64,000 bases of DNA from Eledone cirrhosa (taxonomy: Eukaryota). The stretch lies in contig OZ024761.1 of NCBI GenBank assembly GCA_964016885.1, positions 19,840,001 to 19,904,000 of the forward strand, read 5' to 3'. The number at the start of each line of letters is the position of its first letter. Positions within the stretch are counted from its first letter, which is position 1. Below the pieces are notes generated by a model. That model saw nothing but the letters and a program-made list of their open reading frames with translations, searched no databases and was not told the origin of the DNA. The position numbers and the translations under genes were made by a program. Of the stretch, positions 1 through 17,508 are shown one piece after another.

Positions 1-161
1 GTTGTACTCTTCCCAGGCACAAAACCAAACTGCATCTCATCTAGTTTGACCCTTTCTCTAATTAGTTGTGCTAATATCCTTTCTGCCACTTTCATAACCT
101 GATCCATCAGTTTTATACCCCTATAATTGCTCCTCTCCAGAGCATCCCCTTTACCTTGGTA
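1..161 (-). mobile_element. RTE-clade non-LTR retrotransposon, reverse transcriptase fragment (runs off the window edge)
   Basis: Manual minus-strand translation YQGKGDALERSNYRGIKLMDQVMKVAERILAQLIRERVKLDEMQFGFVPGKST matches the KKGD..CSNYRGI and QFGF.PG.ST motifs at the start of non-LTR RT; no stops in this stretch. Confidence 0.9.
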
Positions 162-243
162 GAAATTTATGAGAATACTGCTGCACCAGTCTTTGGGTAT
201 GACACCACCATATATAGCCCGATTCGAATGGAAGGAGACGGGA

Positions 244-326
244 TGTGTATTGGTGTAATGGTAGCACAGTGGTCTGGATAACCAAAGATGTCGGTTCGAC
301 TCCCGTGTACGGCAACACTCATCTTT
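244..326 (+). pseudogene. tRNA-like Pol III unit (SINE head or tRNA pseudogene)
   Basis: A-box TGGTGTAATGG (251) with D-stem GTGT/GCAC, B-box GGTTCGACTCC (~293), T-run at ~322-326; acceptor and T stems pair poorly. Confidence 0.55.
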
Positions 327-628
327 TTCCATTTCTCCGAGGGTTATAAACCCCACTATCAGGCTAGAAAATTCTTTAGTCTAAAATACGGTGAAAGCTT
401 ATAATTTCTAATTTCTAATTTCAAACTCGCGCACCGTTTCAAAAACATACATGTTTACGTTTATAATATATATATATATATTACCGGCAGTACTGATACA
501 AAATCAAAATCATGTCAACTGTTGACTTTTCCCAGTGCAGTTCAGTTTTTATATAATAATAATTATTATTTGCTTTACGCTGGCAATGATGGTGGTGGTG
601 GTGGTGGTGGTGGTGATGGTGGTGAATG

Positions 629-828
629 NNNNNNNNNNNNNNNNNNNNNNNNNNNNNNNNNNNNNNNNNNNNNNNNNNNNNNNNNNNNNNNNNNNNNNNN
701 NNNNNNNNNNNNNNNNNNNNNNNNNNNNNNNNNNNNNNNNNNNNNNNNNNNNNNNNNNNNNNNNNNNNNNNNNNNNNNNNNNNNNNNNNNNNNNNNNNNN
801 NNNNNNNNNNNNNNNNNNNNNNNNNNNN
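629..828. other. assembly gap (200 N)
   Basis: Run of N between a (GGT)n tract and a (TA)n array. Confidence 1.
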
Positions 829-6116
<5,288 letters not shown>

Positions 6117-6477
6117 CTCTGAAATATATATAATGAAATAAATATGGTTTTATAAATATAGTTTCCATTTATTTAATATCGTATATATATATATATATAT
6201 ATATATACACTCATATTCACACATACATATATGTACATATGCACACACATATATATATATATACACTCATACTCACACACATACATATACACACATATCA
6301 TCATCATCATCATCATCATCGTTTAACGTCCGTGTTCCACGCTTGCATGGGTTTGGACGGGGGTAGTCCCACTTGAGGCAAGAGTGATTGTCTTGCTCGC
6401 ATAGGACTGTCTGGCATATATATATATATATATATATATATACACTCATATTCACACACACACATATCATCATCATG

Positions 6478-6515
<38 letters not shown>

Positions 6516-6849
6516 CGTTTATATATGAGCATTGTCTCCAGTTTATTTCCCCGGAGGACTTTGGCTGGTATTGGAGCCCACCAACAGAATCAAAGGTAAA
6601 AAGAAGGAGTCCGAGAGCCAAGATTTAGGGTAAAAAACTTCATTTGTCGATATGATTTATGTAACCACATGACTAGCTATCTGTTGGGTAAGTCAGTGTC
6701 AGTGTAAATTATTATTTAACCCTAGGTCAGGCCTGATCGAGCAGAGCTATGATCAAAGGAGAACCATTCCAGCAGGTGGCAGACCACCAGAGCTTTCAGT
6801 ATACAGGGTGGGGGTTTAGAAATACCCCCCAAAGCAACAACTGGGAAGG

Positions 6850-7240
6850 CTTATTGTTGATGCTAGAGCTGTGAAATCTTGCATGACAATGTTGAGTAAC
6901 ATATGACTTAGTTTAACTGGTTATGAAGGAGTGATGCTAGAGCTGTGAAATCTTGCATTACAATATTGAGTAACATATGATTTAGTTTAGCTGGTTATAA
7001 AAGAGTGATGCTAGAGCTGTGAAATCTTGCATTACAATATTGAGTAACATATGATTTAGTCTGGCTGTTATGAAGGAATGATGCTGGAGCTGTGAAATCT
7101 TGCATGACATTAATTTCAACTCTTCTTATTAATAATAACTGCATTGTTTCTTTCCAGGGACTATGTTGAAAAATAAACCTCATTTGGTCATTCTATGAGA
7201 GTATCTTGGTCAGCCTATGAACTTTTCAGCCGACCCTCGT
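6850..7240. mobile_element. mariner-type MITE remnant with internal ~61-bp tandem duplication (x4)
   Basis: Ends in CCTATGAACTTTTCAGCCGACCCTCG, the same TIR as 12341-12597 and 48323-48525; unit TGATGCTAGAGCTGTGAAATCTTGCAT repeated four times. Confidence 0.7.
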
Positions 7241-7889
7241 TTTCCTAAAAATTTGAATTGAGAAATTCAAAAGCACGTGGACCCCATGAACGACAGCTGG
7301 GTTATTTATATCTCAAATTATATCTAATGTTTTTGTTTTAAGTACCCTGTATATGTAAGGTCCCATCATTGTCGGGGGCGTGCCAAACGAGGGAGCCTTT
7401 ACGTGGTCTCATTCGACCTGCTAGAAATAGTAGCCAAATTTATTTCCTATCAGACCTTTGCCAATGAAAGTAATATTTGGAGAGGGAGTGTTTTGTGTCT
7501 AAATATAAGAAGAAAGATCATGGGATGGTCACAGCTGGAATGTCTTTGATCATCATGGTATGGCCTGGGCCACCTAGGGCTAAACAACAACAACTGTCAT
7601 GTATTTGCCACACCCACTTTGTTAAAAAATTATTCAATTTTATTTTATTTTAGTTCAATTTAATCGCATATTTTATTACAGATTTGTAGGTCGTGGTAGG
7701 AGGGAGCAGTGGCTGCTATTTCTAGCAAGAGAGTATCCACGTGACGACTGGATTGGAGTATAACATAAAAATATGAACGACAGCCAAGAAGAAGGAGGAG
7801 GAGGAGGAGGAGAAGACGAAGGAAAACGAAAGAAAAATGCCAGAAAAATCAATGAAAGAAAGAAGAGGAGTTACAAGACGAGTATTAGA

Positions 7890-8450
7890 TAATAGTTTCT
7901 GATTTAGGTACAAGGTCAGCAATTTATGAAAGGAAAAGGGAAAGATTAAATCGACCCCAGTATATTACTGGTACATCGTTGTATCAATACCATAAAGATG
8001 AAAGGCAAAGTTAACCTCGGTGAGATTTGAACTCAGAACGTAAAGGTGCGTAACTCTATGCCGCGAAGCATGTTGTCCGATGCTCTACTGATACTGCCTT
8101 ATAATAATGGTTTCTGATTTTGGCACATGGCCAGCAGATTTGGCACATAGCCATCAATTTATGAAGGGGAGGAGTAAAGTCGATTAAATCGATCGCCAGT
8201 GTATTACTGGTACTTTATTTTATCGACCTCTCTAACGATGAAAGGTAGAATTAACCTCGGCAGGATTTGAATTCAGATCAGAACGTAAAGAGTTCAAACT
8301 CCGCCAAGGTAAGCTTTGCCTTTCATCCTAATAAAAATAATAACAAAGCTTTCTTTATTAGCACACAGGGTTGACATTAAGGAAACATTAAAGACGGTAC
8401 AGGATGATAGTGTGTGCATTACTGGTACTTGATTTCATCGACCTCAATAA
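7890..8450 (-). mobile_element. cluster of old tRNA-derived SINE fragments
   Basis: Repeated GATGAAAGGCAAAGTTAACCTCGG..GATTTGAACTCAGA, the reverse of the family at 16500-16685. Confidence 0.65.
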
Positions 8451-9658
8451 ATATAATGATAATACTGGTTTCTTTATTCAACACAAGGGTTTATAAAGAG
8501 AGGACGATACAGGACAAGGCAAAGAGGAGATATTTTTGTGTTTAAATATATCAGTATGACTAAAAAAGAAAAATAAACACCAAAGAAATTCAATTAAAAC
8601 AAGGAAAATTCCCTCACAAATTATAAAAAGGTCAGTGCGTGGTGGTGGTGCGTGGGAGGGGATACTTCCGAGGGGGTCGTGAGGTGACAGATGTGGGCTG
8701 GGGGCAAGTGCAATGATCCATGAACTGTTATTTCAGTTCAACAACAGAAGCAATAATGTTTATGATGACAGATGTTTTAAAACGATTAACTGCCAACCTC
8801 CTCAAATTCGCGCGCGCACATATATATATACGCATGGTTGTATATATATATGCATGGTTGTGTGTATATATATCTATATATTGTTATTGTACGAGAAACA
8901 TCAGTTAAAAGTGCTGAACACACCGTCAGCCCATGGGAATGAGGCAATCTTTTTAACACTGGTGCAGACAAGAATGCATGCATATATATATATATATACA
9001 TATACACACAATATATATACATATATATACACATATACACACAATATATATACATATATATATATATATACATATACACACAATATATATACATATATAT
9101 ATATACACAGACATATATATATATATGAGCATGTACCCTTATATGGGGCAAGTACATGCTTTTGAATATGAGGTGATATATATGTGTGTGTGTGTGCATG
9201 CATACATACTATATATATATATACATACTATATATATATATACACAATGTATATATATCCAATATGCATGTCTATAAATATATATACAATATGTATATAC
9301 ACACATATATAATATGTATACACTCATATCTATATTAATTACCCAATATATATATATATATATATATATCCAATAAACGTGATCGTGTGTATATATTTAT
9401 GTTTGATATAAACACACGTGTAATTACAATGTGTATATGCCTGTATGTATATTTCAATGTATATATATATATATACATGTGTATAGGAACACGATAGAAC
9501 AACATTAAGATAAACTAACCTGGTGTATATAAATATAAACACCCACAGCAATTATAATAATAAACACGCATGTGTGAGGGTATATATATATATATATATA
9601 CACCCACTTGTATATACCTATGACTGTGTGTGTATATATATATATATAGAGATAGATG

Positions 9659-9709
9659 AGATTCTACAAGTCTAGAACTGTTTCATTCTTTAGAAATCAT
9701 CAGGAATCT
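9659..9709 (-). ncRNA. type I hammerhead ribozyme motif (family A), intact core
   Basis: Minus strand: AGATTC-CTGATGA-TTTC taaa GAAT-GAAA-CAG ttctagac TTG-TA-GAATCT. Stem I AGATTC/GAATCT 6 bp, stem II TTC/GAA closed by an atypical U.U, stem III CAG/TTG, GUA cleavage triplet. Confidence 0.65.
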
Positions 9710-9788
9710 GGGTATCAATACACACACACACATATATATACATATACCTATGACTGTGTGTATATGTGTGTGTGAGTCTCGGGTTCAG

Positions 9789-10038
9789 TCGGGGGTAACC
9801 ACAGTAAGTAAGGTACTCAATACATTAGTAGAGTGTAAACATCAAATTTAATATAGAAATATCTTCTCCAGGACTAGAACTGTTTCATTCGAAGGAAATA
9901 ACCAAGAAAGCTTTCCTTATGATTTCCTTCGAATGAAACAGTTCTAGTCCTGTAGAAGACATTTCTATATTAAATTTGTTGTATATATATATATATATAT
10001 ACACACACACATATATATACATGTTTGTGTATATATAT

Positions 10039-10084
<46 letters not shown>

Positions 10085-10089
10085 GTGTT

Positions 10090-10136
<47 letters not shown>

Positions 10137-10141
10137 GTGTT

Positions 10142-10189
<48 letters not shown>

Positions 10190-10578
10190 TATATATATAT
10201 ACATGTTTGTGTATATGTGTGGACAAACATATGTTGAAGGAGAGATTATTATCGGCCAAGTTGCCGAAATGAAAACAAAATATAGACATTCTTAGATTCT
10301 TGAAATGAAAATATTGGTATAAGATAAAATTGGTTGAAGTAGCAAAGATCGAAGTGTGGATAGTTCGATTATATATATATATATAGTGAGAGAGAGAAAG
10401 AGAATAGCTTCTACAGGACTAGAACTGTTTCTTTCGAAGGAAATCACCAGGAAAGCTTTTCTTACGATTTCTCTTCGAATGAAACAGTTCTAGTACTGTA
10501 GAAGACATTTCTATATTAAATTTGTTGTTTACACTCTACTGATGTATTGAGTACCTTACTTACTGTGGTTACCCCCCG
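9789..10578. repeat. nested inverted repeats carrying four degenerate family-A hammerhead copies (Penelope-like pLTR remnant)
   Basis: Palindromes centred on AAAGCTTT at ~9910 and ~10455; outer arms 9789-9860 and 10505-10578 are reverse complements; cores mutated (CTTATGA, TTGGTTA, CTGGTGA, CTTACGA). Confidence 0.75.
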
Positions 10579-10581
10579 AAT

Positions 10582-10644
<63 letters not shown>

Positions 10645-11026
10645 AAGTATTGAGTGCTCTCGTGCGTTATGCTCCACCTGGTTCCTTACCACACTTCCTT
10701 CGTTATATATATATATAGATAGGTAGGTAGACAGACAGATAGATATATAGATAAGTATATATATAGACAGATAGATATATAGCAGGGTGGTTAGAGTATA
10801 ATTAAATGTGACATACCTGAGGGGATATTTCGCTACTATTTCACATGCAATGTCACTTCCATGGCACCAGGAAGCAGTTTTTGGTAAAAGTTGCAGCTTA
10901 CTACTGCAGGAAACTCCACTGATGTTGAATTACAGGCTTTATTTCTTGTCGCCGCCTCATGTGTCTATATTTTGGTTGGGTCTCTCAGATGTACATTAAA
11001 TGTGTATATATAATAGATCAACTATG

Positions 11027-11081
<55 letters not shown>

Positions 11082-11369
11082 TTGTGTTTGTATTTGCTCA
11101 GCGAGCTCGTGTTTGTGTATATAAATATATAATATATCAAATATGTTTATCTATATATATATATCTATATGTGAGTATATCTGTGTATAAATATATATAT
11201 ATATATATATATATCTGTGTGTATATATATACGTCGGTGTTTGTATTTGCCCAGCGAGCTCGTGTTTGTGTATATAAATATATAATATCAACTACGTGTG
11301 TATATATATATATTTGCCAGCGAGCTCGTGTTGGTGTCTGTTCTTTCAACAGACATATTTCTACTATCT

Positions 11370-11940
11370 CTCTCTCTCTACAATCCTTTCACACCGTCTG
11401 TCTTTCTCTTTCGTCTTCCCCTCCTCCACCTTGGCTTTCTTAATTGAATGCACGCACCTTCTCTCTCTCTCTCCTAATCGTTTACCATTTCGTTTGTGTG
11501 CTCTACACGTTCTCTCTCCACTCTCTCGCATTTCTCTTTCTCTCCTATTCTAACTCTTTAATATCAATAATTACCCCAGTACTCTCCCTCGCTAGTTCGC
11601 TCTCTATACTCTACTTCTCCCTCCCCTCTCGTCCTGTCTACAGCTTCCTCTTCCTCTCTGCTGGATTAGTCTTTCTTTCTAACTGTTGTTTCACTTTACT
11701 CTTTCTCTCTCTGTTTCTTCCTCTCACTCTCTATCTATCTATAACTATCTGTCTTTCTTTCTCTCTCTCTCTTTCTCTATATCCCCCCTCTCTATTTATC
11801 TCTCCCTCTCCCCGTTGACATATCTTTCTTAATACTCCCTCTCGTCTAATCTTTCACTCCCTCTCTATCTATCTGTCTATCTGCCTCTCTACCTGTCAGT
11901 CTATCAGTCTGTCTGTCTATCAGTCTGTCAGTCTGTCCCT
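11370..11940. repeat. CT-rich low-complexity tract
   Basis: Degenerate (CT)n, (CTAT)n and (CTGT)n seen directly. Confidence 0.85.
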
Positions 11941-12340
11941 ATTTCTAGCAGGTTTTCGGCGCTAACTGTAATCCCTAATCTCTTTGCCATATGAGTAAAA
12001 AGAAAAAAAAATTTGCAGTTTAAAACATTGTCAGCCCCTTTAAACTAAAACATGTGAGAAGATTAGGTGATCGTTTAATCTGCTAAAAATAGCAGCCAAA
12101 TCCTCACTGAAATCGCACACTAACGTCTTTTAAAGACTAGAAAAAAACGTGAAGGCGATATTGTAGTCGTAGATTGAATGTTTCGAGAAAAAAAAAAAGT
12201 GGGACGACAGCTGGTGAATATTTCACGGCAGGTATACTTAATTAGGACTCACCTGGGAATATGTCTACGTGGAAAAGTCAATGAATTACAACGTGGCCGA
12301 TCGATTTGCTAGAAATAATAGCCAAGTCCTCTTTAAATTA

Positions 12341-12597
12341 CGAAGGTCGGCGGAAAAGTTCATAGTAGGCTGAAAAGTTCGTAGTAGGCGGAAAAGGTTC
12401 ATAGGCTGACTGACCAAGATACTCTCATGGAATGACCAAATGAGGTTTATTTATGTTTCAACATAGTCCCCCTGGAAAGAAACAAAGCAGTTATTATTAA
12501 GAAGAGTTGAAAATTAATGACATGCAAGATTTCACAGCTCTAGCATCAATCCTTCATATTCAGGTAGTTAACCTATGGACTTTTCAGCCGACCCTGG
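12341..12597. mobile_element. Tc1/mariner-type MITE
   Basis: TA|CGAAGGTCGGCGGAAAAGTTCATAG ... CTATGGACTTTTCAGCCGACCCTGG|TA: imperfect ~25-bp TIRs with TA target duplication. Confidence 0.8.
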
Positions 12598-12684
12598 TAT
12601 ATATATATATATATATATATATGATGTTTATATATATATATAATAGGGTACGTCAAAATTATTTATAAAACTGTTTATATATTG

Positions 12685-12749
12685 TATTTTGTCTGATGAA
12701 GGCATACCATATTTTAATTTGGTATCCCTGAAATATGTATAATGAAATA
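12685..12749 (+). ncRNA. type I hammerhead ribozyme motif (family B)
   Basis: TATTTTGT-CTGATGA-AGGCATACCA loop TGGTATCCCT-GAAA-TATGTA-TA-ATGAAATA; 8-bp stem I (two G.U), 10-bp stem II with one C.C mismatch; predicted cleavage after 12741. Confidence 0.75.
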
Positions 12750-13196
12750 AATATGGCATTCCTGAGATCATTAATCTCCAGCTGGCGATCCAGAGACATC
12801 TGATGTATGTAGGTGAACCTCAGTCATCCCACTTGGGTCTTACTATGTTTAGGTATCCACCACAGGAGCCAGCTCATCAGGTCATCCTACCCTCAGCAGC
12901 AATGTCCAGCATCTATTGACTTCCGCTCCCTAGTTATTGTGGTAATCTTCGATATCTGGGAATATATTTCTTCTGCTTAAGGGAGTAATAAATATATAGT
13001 TTTAAAAAAAACATATATATACACACACATATATATATGTTGTCATTTATAAGAGTTCTCTATCAAAAGCCTTCTCTATGTCCAAAGCTAAGTATAGTGG
13101 CTTATTTTGTAGTTGTCTCACTAAGAAGAGGGCATCTGTTGAACTTTTCAGCAGCACAAAAGCAAACTGCATCTCATACACATACATACATACATA

Positions 13197-13536
13197 CATC
13201 ATCATCATTTCGTTTTAAGTCCGCTTTTTCCCTGCTTGCAAGGGTGGGACGGGAACTGATTCTGGCTTGATTTCTACAGCTGGATGCCCTTCCTAACACC
13301 AACCTCATTTACAGTGAGTGCTGGGTGCTTTTTTGCCATGGCACCTCCACGACCACTTTGCAGTGGAATGATATGGACCCCAGTCCCTATCATCTCATTT
13401 CTACAGCTGAGTAAACTGGAGCAATGTGAAATAAAGTGTCTTGCTCAAGGAAACAACACATCACCCGGTCTGAGAATTGAACTCACAACCTTTCGATTGC
13501 CAGGCCAATGCTCTAACCACTAAGCCATGTGCCTCC
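13197..13536 (-). mobile_element. young tRNA-derived SINE (~340 bp), copy 1
   Basis: Head GGAGGCACATGGCTTAGTGGTTAGAGC (A-box) and GAGTTCAATTC (B-box), (TGA)n tail; near-identical to 14543, 42526 and 51260. Confidence 0.9.
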
Positions 13537-13582
13537 ATATACACATACATACATACATATATACACATACATACATACATAT

Positions 13583-14520
13583 ATGGCTTCTACAAGACTA
13601 AAACTCATTAATATGAGGGTTATATGCCATATTTAATACAGAAATTGGTTCTAAAGGACTAGAACTCTTTAATTCGAATCAAATAGTAGTATGTATGCGA
13701 TATTTAATACAGAAATGGCTTCTACAGGACAAAAACTCTATATAGAAATGGCTTCTAAAGGGCTAAAGCTCATTAATTTGAAGGAAATAGTACATTACAT
13801 GCCATATTTAACAATTCTATATTAAATATTGTGTATACTCTACTATTTCATTAAAATAAGACAGTTTCAGTCCTGTAGAAGCCATTTTTCTATTAAATAT
13901 TGTATATACAGTGCTATTACATTTGACAGACAGTTCTAGAACTGTAGATGTCACATCCATATCAAATATTGTACATACAGTACTATTTCTTTTGAATAAG
14001 ACATTTCTACTCCTGGAGAAGCCAATTCTAAACTATATATTGTATTTACAGTAGTATTTCTTTCGAATAAGACATTTCCAGACCTGCAGAAGCCAATACT
14101 ATATTAAATATTTTATATACTCTACTATTTCCTTCGAATCAGACAGTTCTATAGTTTTAGAAGCAATTTCTATATCAAATATTGTATATACTCTACTAAT
14201 TCACTTGAATGAGATAGTTCTAGTATTGCAGAAGCCAGTTCTATATTAAATACTGTATATACTCTACTATTTCCTTCGAATAAGACAGTTTTACATCTGT
14301 AGAAGCCATTTCTATATTACATATTGTATATATCCTACTATTTCCTTTGAATGAGACAGTGCTAGCCGTGTAGAAGCCATTTCTAAATTAAATATTGTAT
14401 ATACACTCCTATTTTTTCCAAATAAAACACTTTTAACCCTGTAGAAGCTAAGTCTAAATTAAATATTGTATATTCAGTACTATTTCTTTCAACTGAGACA
14501 TTTCTAGACCTGTAGAAGCC
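13583..14520. repeat. ~71-bp satellite (about 10 units on +, 3-4 inverted units at 13583-13810) derived from hammerhead family A
   Basis: Unit approx. ATACTCTACTATTTCCTTCGAATAAGACAGTTCTAGTCCTGTAGAAGCCATTTCTATATTAAATATTGTAT; GAAGCC recurs about every 70-71 bp from ~13878 to ~14515; homologous to 9915-9980. Confidence 0.85.
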
Positions 14521-14542
14521 AATAATGAATATATAATATCAT

Positions 14543-14872
14543 ATCATTTCATTTTACGCCCGCTTTTTCCCTGCTTGCAGGGGTGCGACGGGAACTGATT
14601 CTGGCTTGATTTCTACAGCTGGATGCCCTTCCTAACACCAACCTCATTTACAGTGAGTGCTGGGTGCTTTTTTGCCGTGGCACCTCCACGACCACTTTGC
14701 AGTGGAATGATAGGGACCCCAGTCCCTATCATCTCATTTCTACAGTTAAGTAAACTGGAGCAATGAGAAATAAAGTGTATTGCTCAAGGAAACAACACAT
14801 CACCTGGTCTGAGAATTGAACTCACGTTTCAATTGCAAGGCCAATGCTCTAACCACTAAGCCATGTGCCTCC
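14543..14872 (-). mobile_element. young tRNA-derived SINE, copy 2
   Basis: Near-identical to 13197-13536 with a small deletion just upstream of the B-box. Confidence 0.9.
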
Positions 14873-15225
14873 ATTTATATATATATATATATTAAATATA
14901 TATTATATATTATATCGTTTCTGAATTTATATAGCAAGGCTTTTATCTGGAAACGTGTGTTGAAACCAATATTGTTATGCTTTGGGAGGGTCATGTTGCC
15001 AATAAGAAACACACACACCAGTTGCTTTCAATTTATTATAAATTAAATTTATAAATTTCCGGTTGGTTCCATAACCGGACGGTTGTTCATATATTGTCAA
15101 AGTTCTTTCGTCACACATTGTGACCTCTTCAGTGACTAGGGATTCTTTTCTTTGTTTTGTGCCTCTCCTTTGTTCTGTCCTACGCCATCTTGTTTTTGTG
15201 TGTGTATATATATATATCTTATATG

Positions 15226-15260
<35 letters not shown>

Positions 15261-15359
15261 TTAGTTAAGCAGAACAAGACCACAAATTTCACAAGGAAGA
15301 CATTAAAAGATTGTCAACATATTTTAGTTTGATGTAAGGAATGTAGAGAATAATAATAA

Positions 15360-15484
15360 TGTCCGTTTACAATTGTTTCGCTACTCCATATATTTCTGGA
15401 TCAGATGACTATATATCATTATTGATCTGGTTCAGTTGAAAATAATTAACATATTTAAAAACAGAGCGGCTCATCGGAACTACA
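15360..15484 (-). ncRNA. hammerhead-like motif with long stem II and variant core (family C)
   Basis: Minus strand: TGTAGTT-CCGATGA-GCCGCTCTG...TGGAGTAGC-GAAA-CAATTG-TA-AACGGACA; palindromic stem III CAATTG, GUA site; core has U4C. Confidence 0.45.
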
Positions 15485-15739
15485 AAGGAATATAAATTAA
15501 AATGAGAGAATGTTACATAATGTAACGTTCCATATATTGGTATTTCACTATGGTGTCCTGGTTGTATCAGTTGTCAGCCATAATCAAGCAGTATTCATCT
15601 GTCGAGGCTGCATTGTGTGAGATCTGCCTATGGGTAATCAACATTGAGCACATGCCTTTACGCTTTGGCTTCTAACTAATTCACCAATCTCTCCTTTCAT
15701 ATCTCCATCTCTCTCTCTTTAAGATTGGTTACTCTTGAA

Positions 15740-17160
15740 CTGTGTATATATATACATGTATTATATATATATAACACATATATATAATACATATATATAT
15801 GTATTATATATATATAAATAATACATATAAGATATATATATATATATCTTATATGTATTATATATATCTTATAAGTATTATATATTATATTCAACACAAC
15901 TGAAATACAATTTACAGTTTTTATATATATATATATATATATATATAAATCTTATATGTATTATATATATAATACATATAAGATATATATATCTTATATG
16001 TATTATATATATATATCTTATATGTATTATTTATATAAGATATATGTATTATGTATATCTTATATGTATTATAACATATATATAATACATATATATATAT
16101 ATCATGTATTATATATATATATATATAAATAATACATAATGTATTATATATATATCTTATATGTATTATATATATATATAATACATATAAGATATATATA
16201 TGTATTATTTATATATATATATATATCTTATATGTATTATATATATATATAATACATATAAGATATATATATGTATTATTTATATATATATATATATATG
16301 TATTATTTATATATATATATATAATACATATATATATATATATAAATAATACATATATATATATATATAAATAATACATATATATATATACGTATTATAT
16401 ATATGTTATAAGTATTATATATTATATTCAACACAACTGAAATACAATTTAGTTTATACATATATATATAAATATCTCATATGTATTATATATATATCTT
16501 GGTGGATAGGCAGTATCGGTCGAGAGTCGGACACCATGCTTTGAAGCATAGTTACGTCCCTTTATGATCTGAGTTCAAATCCCGCCAAGGTTAACTTTGC
16601 CTTTCATCCTTACGGGGTCGATAAAATAAAGTACCATTAATGTACTGGATAATTGATGGCCTTGTGCCTAAAATAGAAACAATTATATATATATATAAAT
16701 ACATATATATATATTATATATATATATCTAAATAATACATATATCTTATAAGTATTATATTCAACAACTGAAATACAATTTACAGTTTATATATATATAT
16801 ATATCTTATATGTATTATATATATATATAATACATATATCTTATATATTATATGCAACACAACTGAAATACAATTTACAGTTTATATATATCTTATATGT
16901 ATTATATATATATATAATACATATCTTACATGTATTATATATATATACATCTTATATATATATATATAATACATACAAGATATATATATATATATTATAT
17001 AATACATATAAGATATAAACTGTAAATTGTATTTCAGTTGTGTTTAATATAATATATAATACTTATAAGATATATATAATACATATAAATATATATATTA
17101 TACATATGTGTATTATATATATAAGATATATATATAATACATATATATATTAACTACAGT
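15740..17160. repeat. AT-rich complex repeat with direct and inverted sub-repeats
   Basis: CAACTGAAATACAATTT(AC)AGTTT at ~15897, 16434, 16765 and 16860, inverted at ~17018-17040, within TATGTATTATATA/TAATACATATA motifs. Confidence 0.8.
16500..16685 (+). mobile_element. tRNA-derived SINE, second family (5'-truncated copies at ~45588-45690 and ~59593-59700)
   Basis: B-box GAGTTCAAATCC followed by GTTAACTTTGCCTTTCATCCTTACGGGGTCGATAAAATAAAGTACC and tail GGCCTTGTGCC..AGAAACAATTA, shared among copies. Confidence 0.8.
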
Positions 17161-17508
17161 TAAAAAATGTTCTCTGTATTTGTAATGAAATTTTCATCCC
17201 TTAAACCCACGCAATATACATTTAATATTGTCTTTTTAATCCATATAAGTAACTTTCGAAATAATTTTTGCACCAATTTTCGCAATTCCTCGGCAACGTG
17301 TTTGGTGTTTGATATAAGTAAATAAATAAAACAATTCCACCCCACACCTCCCTGTAATCTGAACAACAGATTACCATGGTGGTGGGAGGGGTTAATGTAA
17401 ACAAGGAGTAATATGTAATCGCTACACCGGTTTCATAATTATTATAGCACTAATATCGTTAATTGCTTTTGTTATGTATCTATCTATATATATATATATA
17501 TACATACA

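Noticed and set aside
6545-6610. Hairpin CTTTG...CAAAG after CGGAGGA, and GAAAGCTTA near 394, as possible hammerhead relics
   Set aside because: Core too degenerate to support a call.
12760-12960. Further CTGATGA matches (here on the minus strand; also 22465, 36268, 36868 and 44618)
   Set aside because: No stem II followed by GAAA and stem III; chance matches or parts of other repeats.
13284-13523. Recurrent 79-aa ORF MPFLTPTSFTVSAG... (also 42536 and 51346)
   Set aside because: Antisense reading of a young SINE; identity reflects recent copying, not coding constraint.
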